Positions 1-9,313 of a DNA stretch of 64,000 bases are shown one piece after another. Origin of the DNA: Acidimicrobiia bacterium. Lineage in GTDB: Bacteria; Actinomycetota; Acidimicrobiia; Acidimicrobiales; Bin134. The notes under the pieces were generated by a model. That model ran no database searches, was not told the origin of the DNA, and saw only the letters and a program-made list of their open reading frames with translations. The stretch is from assembly GCA_022825005.1 (NCBI GenBank), contig JAJDYU010000046.1:18140-82139 (forward strand), read 5' to 3'. Within the stretch, counting starts at the first letter, position 1; each line of letters opens with the position of its first letter. The position numbers were made by a program, and so were the translations under genes.

Positions 1-523
1 GGGCGTGGATGTCGTCCTTGACTCGGAACCTCTGTATGTGCTCCCGGCTGGGCGGCGTGCGCTCGGTGCCCCACGGGGTGAGCGAGCGGAAGCTCTCCTC
101 GATTCGCTCGAAGATCTCCTCGTCGGAGGGATTGTCCTCGGCATCGTGGGTTTCGGTGGTCTCGCGGCGATCCCAGATCGGGCGAAAACTCTCGTGGGTC
201 AATATGTCGGCGCCAGCCTCTTCTCGCAATCGCTCGGCCCCGCCGAAGTGGTCGAAGTGGGAGTGGGTGATGATGGCGGTGTGTACGTCGCCCACCTTGT
301 AGCCAGCTCGGTTCAGCCGGTCGACCAATGCGTTCCAAGATTCGGGGCCGGGCAGTCCGGGGTCCACCACCGCCACCCCTCGCTCGTCTTCCATTATGTA
401 GCAGTTCACATGGCCTAACCCGGGCAGGTTGATCGGCAACATGGTGCGAAGCACACCGGGAACCACCTCGGTGATCTCGGTGGTGGCTTCCTCTTGTTCC
501 TGCTTGCGGGGCCGCTCGGTCAT
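1..523 (-). CDS. MBL-fold metallo-hydrolase (C-terminal end runs off the left window edge)
   Basis: Absent from the ORF track because it is open to the edge. Reverse translation from ATG 523-521 gives [10 protein letters not shown]...GHVNCYIMEDERGVAVVDPG...ITHSHFDHFGG (HxHxDH motif). Its ATG overlaps the orn stop (ATGA). Confidence 0.8.
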   Translation of the reverse strand, partial: MTERPRKQEQEEATTEITEVVPGVLRTMLPINLPGLGHVNCYIMEDERGVAVVDPGLPGPESWNALVDRLNRAGYKVGDVHTAIITHSHFDHFGGAERLREEAGADILTHESFRPIWDRRETTETHDAEDNPSDEEIFERIEESFRSLTPWGTERTPPSREHIQRFRVKDDIHA

Positions 524-1071
524 CCCCCCGCCTCAGATGCGACAGAGAAAAAACGGTCCCGGTAATGGCGCAGTTCGCTGAGGCTCTCGCGGATGTCGTC
601 GAGGGCCCGGTGGCCTTTGGCCTTCTTGGGCGCCTTGCGAAACACGTCATGATTCCACCGCCGAGCCAGCTCTTTCACGGTGGACACGTCGATGGAGCGG
701 TAGTGCAGAAAGTTCTCAACCTCGGGGAGCTGGGCGGCCAAGAAGCGGCGATCGACTCCAATGGAGTTGCCGCACAGTGGCACGGTGCGGGGTTTGTCTA
801 TGTGCTCTTTGAGAAAGGCCAAGGTCATCTGGCCTGCGTCTTCCAAGCTGAGCGTGGACGCCTTTATCGCCTCCATCAGCCCGCTATTGGTGTGCATCTC
901 CACCACTACGTCTTGCATGGAGTCCAATGCCTCTTGGGGTGCCGAAACCACCAAGTCGGGGCCTTCTGCCACCAATTCCAGGTTGTCGTCGGTGATGAGG
1001 GTGGCGATCTCCACGATCACGTCGGTGGCCGGGTCGAGGCCCGTCATCTCCAAGTCCATCCAAGCCAGCAT
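520..1071 (-). CDS. orn: oligoribonuclease
   Basis: 183 aa. [13 protein letters not shown]...VEIA (DEDD exonuclease motif I), [29 protein letters not shown] (Orn-typical C-terminus). Confidence 0.92.
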   Translation of the reverse strand: MLAWMDLEMTGLDPATDVIVEIATLITDDNLELVAEGPDLVVSAPQEALDSMQDVVVEMHTNSGLMEAIKASTLSLEDAGQMTLAFLKEHIDKPRTVPLCGNSIGVDRRFLAAQLPEVENFLHYRSIDVSTVKELARRWNHDVFRKAPKKAKGHRALDDIRESLSELRHYRDRFFSVASEAGG

Positions 1072-1145
1072 CTTGGGGCGAGGCTAGAGCCTTGCGCAGG
1101 CCAAACCCACACCGGCCGGTAATCGGCTCAGATAGGGAGAAGTGT

Positions 1146-1610
1146 GTGCTCTGGGCAGGTAGTGTCACCGCCGTGTTGGAAATTCCCATTGTTCGCAGCC
1201 GTCCTGACCTGCCATTTCCCCGCTACGCCACCGAAGGCGATGCTGGCGCCGACCTAGTGGCCAGCGAAGACGTGGAGCTGGCCCCGGGCGGTGGGCGGGG
1301 CCTTGTGTCCACCGGTACGTTCATCGCCATCCCCGAGGGGTATGCCGGCTTTGTGCAGCCCCGCAGCGGGTTGGCGCTGCGCCACGGGGTCACTTGTCTG
1401 AATACACCCGGACTGATTGATTCCGGCTATCGGGGCGAGTTGAAGGTGCTGCTGGTGAACACCGATCCGGCCGAGCCCTTCACCGTGCGCCGAGGAGACC
1501 GGATCGCCCAACTCGTGCTGCAAAGGGTGGAACAGGCCGACTTCGTCGAGGTGGAGGAACTGCCCCCTTCTTCCCGAGGATCGGGAGGATTCGGCTCTAC
1601 TGGGGCCTAG
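1146..1610 (+). CDS. dut: dUTP diphosphatase
   Basis: [41 protein letters not shown]-terminal [13 protein letters not shown] is open from 1092. SD-like AGGGAG lies 6 nt before GTG 1146. GTG 1173 is an alternative start. Confidence 0.88.
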   Translation: MLWAGSVTAVLEIPIVRSRPDLPFPRYATEGDAGADLVASEDVELAPGGGRGLVSTGTFIAIPEGYAGFVQPRSGLALRHGVTCLNTPGLIDSGYRGELKVLLVNTDPAEPFTVRRGDRIAQLVLQRVEQADFVEVEELPPSSRGSGGFGSTGA

Positions 1611-2041
1611 TGCACGCCTGTGGCTGACTTTTGCAGCCACAGGCGGTGCTCATCGGGATCGAGCTTCCACGAATCCACCAGCGGTCCGGCAGTGGACTCG
1701 AACCGATCGATCCGACTGTGGGGGATGGGCCTGCATCCCCGGTCGTCCAGTTGGGCCTCCACGGTGACGATCCCCGCCTTGCTCTGATAGTCGAACGAGA
1801 TTGAACCGTCGGGTAGCTCGGGATCCAAGAGCAGCAGCACCGCCTCCTTGATGGCTTGGCTGAGTTCGGCGACTTCCTCGGTGGGGAATCCCTGATGGGT
1901 GGCAGCGTGGACGGCAGCGATTTCCGCCATTCGGCCATAACGCTTGAGCGCTGGCACCCGGACTCTCACGTCGCCGCCCAAGGTTCTCAGCCTGCCATGA
2001 CCGCCGGTCCCATGCCTTGAGGGTACCAATCGGGACATCAA
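1607..2041 (-). CDS. hypothetical protein, weak resemblance to the N-terminal part of RsbW-type anti-sigma/HATPase-like proteins
   Basis: 144-aa ORF convergent with dut (4-nt overlap). [46 protein letters not shown] resembles the first helices of anti-sigma regulatory factors. No N/G ATP boxes seen. Start uncertain. Confidence 0.45.
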   Translation of the reverse strand: MMSRLVPSRHGTGGHGRLRTLGGDVRVRVPALKRYGRMAEIAAVHAATHQGFPTEEVAELSQAIKEAVLLLLDPELPDGSISFDYQSKAGIVTVEAQLDDRGCRPIPHSRIDRFESTAGPLVDSWKLDPDEHRLWLQKSATGVH

Positions 2042-2072
2042 TTGTTAGGGGCAAGGCGGATATCCTGGCTCG

Positions 2073-2852
2073 ATGTTTCGAGTCGGTCTGATCGGCTGCG
2101 GGGCCATCGGCTCCGTTGTGGCCCGCGAATTGTCGCAGGGGGCAGTCGATGGAGCCGAGCTTTCTGCGGTCTTCGATCTGGTGGTTGATCATCCCCTCCG
2201 GGTCGACGATCGGGAATCGCTGCTGGCCCGATCGGACGTGGTAGTGGAGGCGGCCGGTCATGGGGCGCTGCGGGAGCACGGAGTGGCGGTGAGGAAGGCG
2301 GGCACCGACCTGCTGGTGGTGAGCATCGGTGCCTTGGCCGACGAAGACCTCGAGAGCCGACTGCGACAAGCCGAGGGCGGGCGCCTCTTGCTGTGTACTG
2401 GGGCCATCGGAGGGTTCGACATCCTGCGGGCGGCCATGCTCTTCGGGCCGTTGGAGGAAGTGGCCATCACCAGCACCAAGCCCGCGGGGGCGCTGAGCCG
2501 GCCGTGGATGGACGAGTCGGTCAAAGGTGCCCTGGCCGGCGGGTCCGAGCCGGTGACGGTGTTCGACGGCCCGGCCCGAGAGGCCTGTGCGTTCTTCCCG
2601 GAGTCGGCCAACGTGACTGCCACCTTGTCGCTGGCCACGGTGGGATTCGACCAAGTGCGGGTGCGAATGGTGGGCGATCCGGCCGCCACCCGAGTGCGCC
2701 ATGTGGTGACCGCTTCTGGAGTAGCGGGCACATACGAGCTGTCATTCGAGAATGCCCCTTCCCCCGACAACCCCCGCACCAGCGCGGTCACCGCCTATTC
2801 GGTGCTGCGTGCCATAGGAGACTTGCGTCGGCCCTCGGTTGCTTTCCTCTAA
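2073..2852 (+). CDS. nadX: L-aspartate dehydrogenase
   Basis: 259 aa. N-terminal Rossmann VGLIGCGAIGS, SIGALAD, GAIGGFDILRAA, TSTKPAGAL, ESANVTATLSLAT. Length and order fit the NadX family. Confidence 0.8.
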   Translation: MFRVGLIGCGAIGSVVARELSQGAVDGAELSAVFDLVVDHPLRVDDRESLLARSDVVVEAAGHGALREHGVAVRKAGTDLLVVSIGALADEDLESRLRQAEGGRLLLCTGAIGGFDILRAAMLFGPLEEVAITSTKPAGALSRPWMDESVKGALAGGSEPVTVFDGPAREACAFFPESANVTATLSLATVGFDQVRVRMVGDPAATRVRHVVTASGVAGTYELSFENAPSPDNPRTSAVTAYSVLRAIGDLRRPSVAFL

Positions 2853-2861
2853 GCTCAAGCG

Positions 2862-4130
<1,269 letters not shown>

Positions 4131-4151
4131 CTCAACGGGATCAGGTACCGA

Positions 4152-4910
4152 TCAGGTGCAGGGCTCTCCGGGGGCAACCGCGGGGAGCCGTCCTGCCCTC
4201 ATCGAGGTTACCGACGTGCCGTCGGTCTCCCAGATCACCCGGTAGTCGACGTCGGCCTCGTCAACCGGGACGTACTGAATGGAGTTGCCGCTGCCGTCGG
4301 CATATGGGGACACCACGAGTCGCTCCCCGAACAGCTCATGAAGCTGAGCCTCGGTGCTGCCGACGCTGGCCCCCGACCGGGTAGTAATGCTCGGGTTGGT
4401 GACGTCGATTCGCTCGATGCTGCTGTTGTAAATGGTGAGCACCACGCCCGATGGTCCGCCCGCCGGGGCCAGCAGATAGCAGCGGGCGGTGCCTTCCCCT
4501 GGACCTCCGGTCCACAGGGTGGTGACCGCATCGGACGCCTCGTCTGGGGTCATGCCGAAGTAGACCTGGCCTAGGCCCACTGTGCTGAGCTTGTCGGCGC
4601 TGTCGAAGGCCGGATCGTCGTAGTTCTCCGGCTCAGGCCGTTCCACGGGCTCAGAGGTCAGCACGGGCACCGGCGTGGGCTCCTCCACCGGGGCGGGGGT
4701 GGGATCATCCTCTGGTGCCGGCTCGGGCTCGTCGTCCATGGGCTCCTCGTCTGCGGGCTCCTCGACAGGAGCCGGTGTGGAGACAGGTGCTGGCTCTTCG
4801 GCGGCGGTTGGTTCCGGCGTGGCCTCATCGGCGGATTCGTCGTCGCTCCCGCAGGCCGCGAAGAGCAGAACCAAGATGGCGATCAATGCTATAGAGCGTC
4901 GCATGGCCAT
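4152..4910 (-). CDS. secreted lipoprotein with Pro/Glu-rich linker, function unknown
   Basis: Signal peptide plus lipobox (LLFAAC GSDD), then about 70 aa of low-complexity P/E/A/V sequence, then a globular C-terminal domain of about 150 aa. Confidence 0.7.
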   Translation of the reverse strand: MAMRRSIALIAILVLLFAACGSDDESADEATPEPTAAEEPAPVSTPAPVEEPADEEPMDDEPEPAPEDDPTPAPVEEPTPVPVLTSEPVERPEPENYDDPAFDSADKLSTVGLGQVYFGMTPDEASDAVTTLWTGGPGEGTARCYLLAPAGGPSGVVLTIYNSSIERIDVTNPSITTRSGASVGSTEAQLHELFGERLVVSPYADGSGNSIQYVPVDEADVDYRVIWETDGTSVTSMRAGRLPAVAPGEPCT

Positions 4911-4941
4911 CAGCGTAGTAGGAAGATTGCTGCGAGTCTTG

Positions 4942-5014
4942 TAGGCCGCCTGGGACTCGAACCCAGCACCTTGAGATTAAAAGTCTCCTGCTCTACCTGA
5001 TGAGCTAGCGGCCC
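4942..5014 (-). tRNA. tRNA-Lys (anticodon UUU)
   Basis: Reverse complement reads GGGCCGCTAGCTCATCAGGTAGAGCAGGAGACTTTTAATCTCAAGGTGCTGGGTTCGAGTCCCAGGCGGCCTA. 7-bp acceptor stem (G1-U72 wobble), anticodon loop CTTTTAA, T-arm CTGGG-TTCGAGT-CCCAG, discriminator A. No encoded CCA. Confidence 0.9.
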
Positions 5015-5039
5015 GCCGTCACTGTATCGCCCAGACGCT

Positions 5040-5246
5040 TTGGCGCGGTCGGTAATATGCCCCACGGTGGAAGCCTGGGAAGCCCTGCTTAGCGACGTGG
5101 AGAGCGAGTTGATCGACGTTGAGGCCGTGCTGGCCGACCTCGAAGACCTCGACGCATTGCGCCATCGCATCCAGGCCGCCGAAGCCGACGGCAGCATCGA
5201 TCGCCGCCCCGTCTTACAGCGCTGCGCAGAGCTGATCCAGAGCTGA
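5040..5246 (+). CDS. small acidic hypothetical protein
   Basis: 68-aa ORF (TTG 5040, or GTG 5067). High GC3 and a helical acidic sequence, EALLSDVESELIDVEAVLADLEDLDALRHRIQAAEADG. The stop is created inside an 11-bp tandem duplication. Confidence 0.45.
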   Translation: MARSVICPTVEAWEALLSDVESELIDVEAVLADLEDLDALRHRIQAAEADGSIDRRPVLQRCAELIQS

Positions 5247-5251
5247 TCCAG
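5230..5251. repeat. perfect tandem duplication of an 11-bp unit (agctgatccag x2)
   Basis: Read directly: 5230-5240 and 5241-5251 are identical. The second copy supplies the TGA (5244-5246) of the small ORF. The array abuts the stop (5252-5254) of the convergent phosphatase gene. Confidence 0.9.
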
Positions 5252-5884
5252 CTACAGAAGATCCGCCGCCGGAACCTGAATGTCCAACCCCTCCAAGGGG
5301 TTGACTCGCTCACCGGGAACCATCTGGCCATTGGCAATCGTGACCCAGCGGCCGCTCATGTTGGTGACCCGGTCGGGCGGGCAGCCCAGGTGGTGTTCCA
5401 GGGAGTAGATCACCCCGCCGTGGGTCACCACCAACGCAGACTGGTCGCCGACGATGCCGGCCAATCGGTTGAGCCCGGCCACCACCCGGGCCAACAGGGC
5501 GTCGTCGTCCTCCCAGCCCGGCGGTCGTCTGCCGTCTTGGAGAAACCCAGGGAACTGCTCCTCAATCTGTGCTCGGGTCAGACCCGAGAACTCCCTCACA
5601 TCTCGCTCGATTAGCTCGGGCACCGGTATCGGCGGGTCGCAGCCCATGTGCTTGGCGATAATCTCCGCACTGGTCTGGGACCGTTGCAGCGTGGAGGACG
5701 CCACCACATCCACTGGTTCCAGTCGAGCCGCCGCCTCGGTGGCCTGTTGGCACCCAAGCGGCGACAAAGGGGGATCGGCCTGGCCCTGCCAGCGCCGCAT
5801 GGCATTCCATTCCGACTGCCCATGGCGGATCAGAAGCAGTCGAGACACGGCTGACAGGGTAATGGCCAGCGCATTCCCGCCCAT
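5252..5884 (-). CDS. histidine phosphatase family protein (phosphoglycerate-mutase-like)
   Basis: LLLIRHGQSEWN (RHG catalytic motif), SSTLQRSQTSAEII, VVTHGGVI. ORF is open to 6013, but upstream Mets would overlap the divergent moaD-like gene. Candidate starts are ATG 5884 or GTG 5848. Confidence 0.8.
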   Translation of the reverse strand: MGGNALAITLSAVSRLLLIRHGQSEWNAMRRWQGQADPPLSPLGCQQATEAAARLEPVDVVASSTLQRSQTSAEIIAKHMGCDPPIPVPELIERDVREFSGLTRAQIEEQFPGFLQDGRRPPGWEDDDALLARVVAGLNRLAGIVGDQSALVVTHGGVIYSLEHHLGCPPDRVTNMSGRWVTIANGQMVPGERVNPLEGLDIQVPAADLL

Positions 5885-5918
5885 GGCAGTAAACCGAGAT
5901 TCCCGTACACTTTCGGCC

Positions 5919-6155
5919 ATGGCCACGTTGCGCCTGTTCGCCCACGTCAGGGAGGCGGCGGGTACCGGCAAAGATGAGATCCCCGGCGCCACCGTTGACC
6001 AGGTGCTCGCCAACGCGGTGGACCGCTACGGAGCGGCGTTTGCGGAGCAGCTTCAGATCTGTCGGGTTTGGCTCAACGGGGAACCCGTTACCGGCTCGGA
6101 GTTGGTGGCCGACGGCGACGAGGTGGCTGTGCTGCCCCCAGTCTCCGGGGGGTAG
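5919..6155 (+). CDS. MoaD/ThiS-family ubiquitin-like sulfur-carrier protein
   Basis: 78 aa. MATLRLFAHVREAAG...VWLNGEPV...GDEVAVLPPVSGG, with the diagnostic C-terminal GG. Confidence 0.8.
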   Translation: MATLRLFAHVREAAGTGKDEIPGATVDQVLANAVDRYGAAFAEQLQICRVWLNGEPVTGSELVADGDEVAVLPPVSGG

Positions 6156-6182
6156 CCTTGTTTGGCGATGTCCTGTTGCCGG

Positions 6183-6290
6183 TTGCCTAACGTTCACGCC
6201 GTTAATCGGAGCCCGAGGCCATGACAGGCGCGTGGTTCCTGCTTCAGATTGCCCAGCATTCACGCCGTGACCGGCGCGCGGAGCCATGAC
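6183..6290 (+). repeat. imperfect direct repeat (about 43 bp, about 77% identity, period 65-66) duplicating the mshA start region
   Basis: Copy A 6183-6225 (ttgcctaacgttcacgccgttaatcggagcccgaggccatgac). Copy B 6249-6290 (ttgcccagcattcacgccgtgaccggcgcgcggagccatgac). Both end in gccATGAC. Confidence 0.8.
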
Positions 6291-7500
6291 TCAAAACGTG
6301 GCCGTGTTGTCGCTGCACACGTCGCCGTTAGCGCAGCCGGGCGTGGGCGACAGCGGGGGCATGAACGTCTACGTGCGGGAGATGGCCGCGGCGCTAGCTC
6401 ACCGCGGCAGTGAATGCCGGGTGTACGTGCGCCGGTCCCAAGGTGGCCTGCCCGATGAAGTGGCCATCGAGCCCGGCGTGACCGTGGTCCACATCGACGC
6501 CGGTCCCGTCGATCTGCACAAGGAGGATCTCTTCGGGACAGTGGACCAATTTGCCGACGGCGTGTTGGCTGACTTCCAGCGAACCGGACTGCCCGATGTG
6601 ATTCACGCCAACTATTGGCTGTCGGGTATCGCTGGCCACCGGGTCAAGCATGCGGTGGGGGTGCCGATGGCGGTGACCTTCCACACGCTGGCCCGGGTTA
6701 AGGCAGCCACCGGCGACCCCGAGTCGGAGCAGCGGGCCCAAGCCGAGTCCGAGGTGATTGGTTGCGCCGATGTGGTGATCGCCTCTTGCGAGCCGGAGGC
6801 CCAGCAGTTACGGAGCTTCTACGATGCCCCGCCGGAGCGGATAGAGCTGGCCCCTCCGGGGGTGGAGCATGCGCTGTTCTCTCCCGGCGACCGGGAAGGT
6901 GCTCGGGCCGCGCTGGGCATGGGCCCTGGTCCAATTCTGCTGTTCGTGGGCCGAATCCAGCCGCTGAAGCGGCCCCTGGTGGCGGTGGAGACTTTGGCTC
7001 TCCTAGAGCGCCAGGACGCTCGCCTGTTGGTGGTCGGCGGCCCCAGCGGCACCGAAGGGGAAATTGAGTACCGGCGCTTGCAAGACCGCATTCAGGCCCT
7101 GGGATTGGCCGATCGGGTGGCGCTGATCCCACCCCGCCCCCACCACTGGCTGTCCACGTACTACCGGGCCGCCGATGTAGTGGTGGTTCCCAGCCGAAGC
7201 GAGTCCTTCGGTTTGGTGGCCCTTGAAGCGGCAGCCAGTGGGACTCCGGTGGTGGCTGCTCCGGTAGGTGGGCTGCGCTCGGTGGTGGTTCACGGCCGCA
7301 CCGGGTTCCTGGTGGACGATGCCACTCCGGAGGCATTTGCCGCCCGGGTGGCCGCACTGATCGACAACCCTCTGCTGGCCGTAGAGATGGCCATGGATGC
7401 GGCCGAGCGGGCGCGGTTGTTCTCGTGGACGGCCATGGCCCGATCGCTTCGAGCCACCTATCGCCGGGTCCAGTCTCGAGTGCTCGTCGATTGCAAATGA
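6286..7500 (+). CDS. mshA: D-inositol-3-phosphate glycosyltransferase (mycothiol biosynthesis)
   Basis: 404 aa GT4. N-terminus VAVLSLHTSPLAQPGVGDSGGMNVYV is the MshA signature. ESFGLVALEAAASGTPVV (E-x7-E). Followed by a YbjN-like gene, as I recall for mycobacteria. Confidence 0.88.
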   Translation: MTQNVAVLSLHTSPLAQPGVGDSGGMNVYVREMAAALAHRGSECRVYVRRSQGGLPDEVAIEPGVTVVHIDAGPVDLHKEDLFGTVDQFADGVLADFQRTGLPDVIHANYWLSGIAGHRVKHAVGVPMAVTFHTLARVKAATGDPESEQRAQAESEVIGCADVVIASCEPEAQQLRSFYDAPPERIELAPPGVEHALFSPGDREGARAALGMGPGPILLFVGRIQPLKRPLVAVETLALLERQDARLLVVGGPSGTEGEIEYRRLQDRIQALGLADRVALIPPRPHHWLSTYYRAADVVVVPSRSESFGLVALEAAASGTPVVAAPVGGLRSVVVHGRTGFLVDDATPEAFAARVAALIDNPLLAVEMAMDAAERARLFSWTAMARSLRATYRRVQSRVLVDCK

Positions 7501-7528
7501 CGTCGCCGATGGCCTATAACCCTGTCGA

Positions 7529-7990
7529 TTGCCCATGATTCTGCGGGCCGAAGAGTTGGCCGCATTGGAATCGGACATCGACGCCTGGTTGGACGATCAG
7601 CTTCAGACCAACCCGACCGTGTTGACCGTGGACCGGGGCGAGCCTGGACAGCGCCGCTGGTACGTGCGGATGGTGGGGGAGGAGAAGACGGTGTCCACCG
7701 TCTGGTTCACGCTCGGCCAACGACAACTGCACTGCGAATGCCATTTCATGCCCGCACCCGAGGAGAACGAGGCCCAGCTCTACGAATACCTGCTGCGGCG
7801 CAACCGAGAGCTGGCCGGGCTGCGCTTCGCCATCGGGGTGGAAGACGCCGTGTTCTTGGTGGCCGAGCTGGCCGCCCACACAGTTACCGAAGCGGAGATC
7901 GACCGGCTCCTGGGCTCGTTTTACGCGTATTCGGAGCGGTGGTTTCGCCCCTGCATGAGAATCGGGTACGCCACCCGGTTCAAAAATTAG
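7529..7990 (+). CDS. YbjN-domain protein (putative sensory-transduction/chaperone-like)
   Basis: 153 aa. Position directly after mshA and overall sequence character fit the YbjN family. Assigned by recollection only, no strict motif. Confidence 0.6.
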   Translation: MPMILRAEELAALESDIDAWLDDQLQTNPTVLTVDRGEPGQRRWYVRMVGEEKTVSTVWFTLGQRQLHCECHFMPAPEENEAQLYEYLLRRNRELAGLRFAIGVEDAVFLVAELAAHTVTEAEIDRLLGSFYAYSERWFRPCMRIGYATRFKN

Positions 7991-8040
7991 GTTGTTTTAT
8001 CTAATTTCCATTGATTTCAATATACTTGAATTGTAGATTC
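7981..8040. promoter_or_regulatory. AT-rich island (14/60 G+C) with two palindromes between ybjN and proC
   Basis: Counted directly as about 23% GC. aaattag-N10-ctaattt (7984-8007) and ttcaa-tatac-ttgaa (8016-8030). Confidence 0.5.
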
Positions 8041-8142
8041 CTCGTGTAGAGCTCCTGGTCGGTGGGGGTGATCGGGGAAGTCCTCCCACCGGCCAGAGTT
8101 TTTTGACCGATAACACCCCCTCTGGCCTGCTATAGCAGGGAG

Positions 8143-8937
8143 GTGGCACTTCGATTGCAACTCATCGGCGGGGGTCGCATGGGTGAGGCCTTGCTCGGCG
8201 GCCTTCTGGCCGGCGGGTGGGCTCAGCCTGGCGAGCTCGCTGTGGTGGAAATGATCGCTGGTCGGCGGGCGGAGTTGGCCGATCGCTTCGACGGGGTGAC
8301 GGTGACCGACCATCCGCTAGAGCAAGCCGATGCGGTGCTGGCGGTCAAGCCCGACGCCGCCGCCTCCGCAGGAGGCAGCCTCAACGAGGCTGGGGTCGGC
8401 CGGGTTCTCAGTATCGCGGCCGGGGTCACCACCGCATCGCTGGAGGCCGTTCTAGGCGACGGCGCCCGGGTGGTTCGAGCCATGCCCAACACTCCTGCGC
8501 TGGTGGGGGCCGGGGCGGCGGCTATCGCCCCGGGCCGCTTAGCCGCCGAGGAGGATCTGGTTTGGGCCACCGGGATCCTCGAGGCGGTGGGCACGGTAGT
8601 GGTGTGCGAAGAGCGAATGCTCGACGCGGTTACCGGGCTCTCTGGATCCGGGCCTGCCTACGTGTTTTGGTTGGCAGAGACGCTGATGGCCGCAGGGGCA
8701 GAGGTTGGCCTTTCCCCCGACATGGCCGATGCGCTCACCCGCCAGACCCTTCTCGGCGCGGCCCGTCTGCTGGCCGAGTCGGGGGAGTCTCCCGCCGACC
8801 TGCGGGCCGCGGTCACGTCGCCAGGGGGCACCACTGCCCGGGGGATCGCTGAGCTTGAGGCTCGCGGGGCGGCCGCCGCGTTCATCGCCGCAGTGGTGGC
8901 CGCCACCGAGCGCAGCCGCGAACTGGGTGCTTCCTAA
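8143..8937 (+). CDS. proC: pyrroline-5-carboxylate reductase
   Basis: LIGGGRMGEALLGGL (NADP fold), MPNTPALVGAGAAAI, SGSGPAYVFWLAETL, VTSPGGTTARGIAELE. GTG start. The exact start is uncertain because the SD AGGGAGG abuts it. Confidence 0.9.
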   Translation: MALRLQLIGGGRMGEALLGGLLAGGWAQPGELAVVEMIAGRRAELADRFDGVTVTDHPLEQADAVLAVKPDAAASAGGSLNEAGVGRVLSIAAGVTTASLEAVLGDGARVVRAMPNTPALVGAGAAAIAPGRLAAEEDLVWATGILEAVGTVVVCEERMLDAVTGLSGSGPAYVFWLAETLMAAGAEVGLSPDMADALTRQTLLGAARLLAESGESPADLRAAVTSPGGTTARGIAELEARGAAAAFIAAVVAATERSRELGAS

Positions 8938-9075
8938 ACATGCCAAAAGCACACCCGAGGCCGGTTAACACAAGGTAAATCCACGTTTTCCTTGTTCTTT
9001 CGGAAGCGGGGTGGCACTGCACGGGCGGGGCCGCGTAAGGTGAGCGGCGCACAGCGGAGTGAGGGGTGTGTTGGC

Positions 9076-9270
9076 ATGGCAAAGCCAGAAGGGCGGGACA
9101 AACTCATGACCGTGGCAGAGGTTGCTGCCCTCATGAGAGTCTCAACGATGACGGTGTATCGGCTGATAAAGGCCCGAGATCTTCCCGCTGTGAGGATCGG
9201 CAAGTCGTATCGATTGCGCGAGGGCGACGTCGACCGCTATTTGGCCAGTCGCTACACGCAGGCAGGCTGA
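9076..9270 (+). CDS. excisionase-family helix-turn-helix DNA-binding protein (Rv0500A-like)
   Basis: LMTVAEVAALMRVSTMTVYRLIKARDLPAVRIGKSYRL is the conserved HTH_17-type core found next to proC in actinobacteria. ORF is open from 8992. First ATG at 9076. Confidence 0.8.
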   Translation: MAKPEGRDKLMTVAEVAALMRVSTMTVYRLIKARDLPAVRIGKSYRLREGDVDRYLASRYTQAG

Positions 9271-9313
9271 CGCTGCCACTCCCTCTTGGCCTCAACAACG
9301 TGGTGGCCAAGCG

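Noticed and set aside
1650-2702. Long antisense or alternate-frame ORFs throughout the track (for example 1650..2702 -, 15637..17757 +, 22971..24143 -, 28853..30208 -, 48382..49686 +, 60694..61860 +).
   Set aside because: Their translations are Arg/Gly/Pro/His-rich low-complexity strings, typical of non-coding frames in high-GC DNA. Each is fully covered by a gene on another frame or strand that has clear family motifs.
4911-5040. tRNA-Lys as a possible integration hotspot or genomic-island border.
   Set aside because: No integrase or recombinase, no direct repeat of the tRNA 3' end, and no compositional break visible on either side.
8017-8313. 98-aa minus-strand ORF spanning the AT-rich island and the 5' end of proC.
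   Set aside because: It runs antisense through proC and through the structured non-coding region. Composition is not coding-like.
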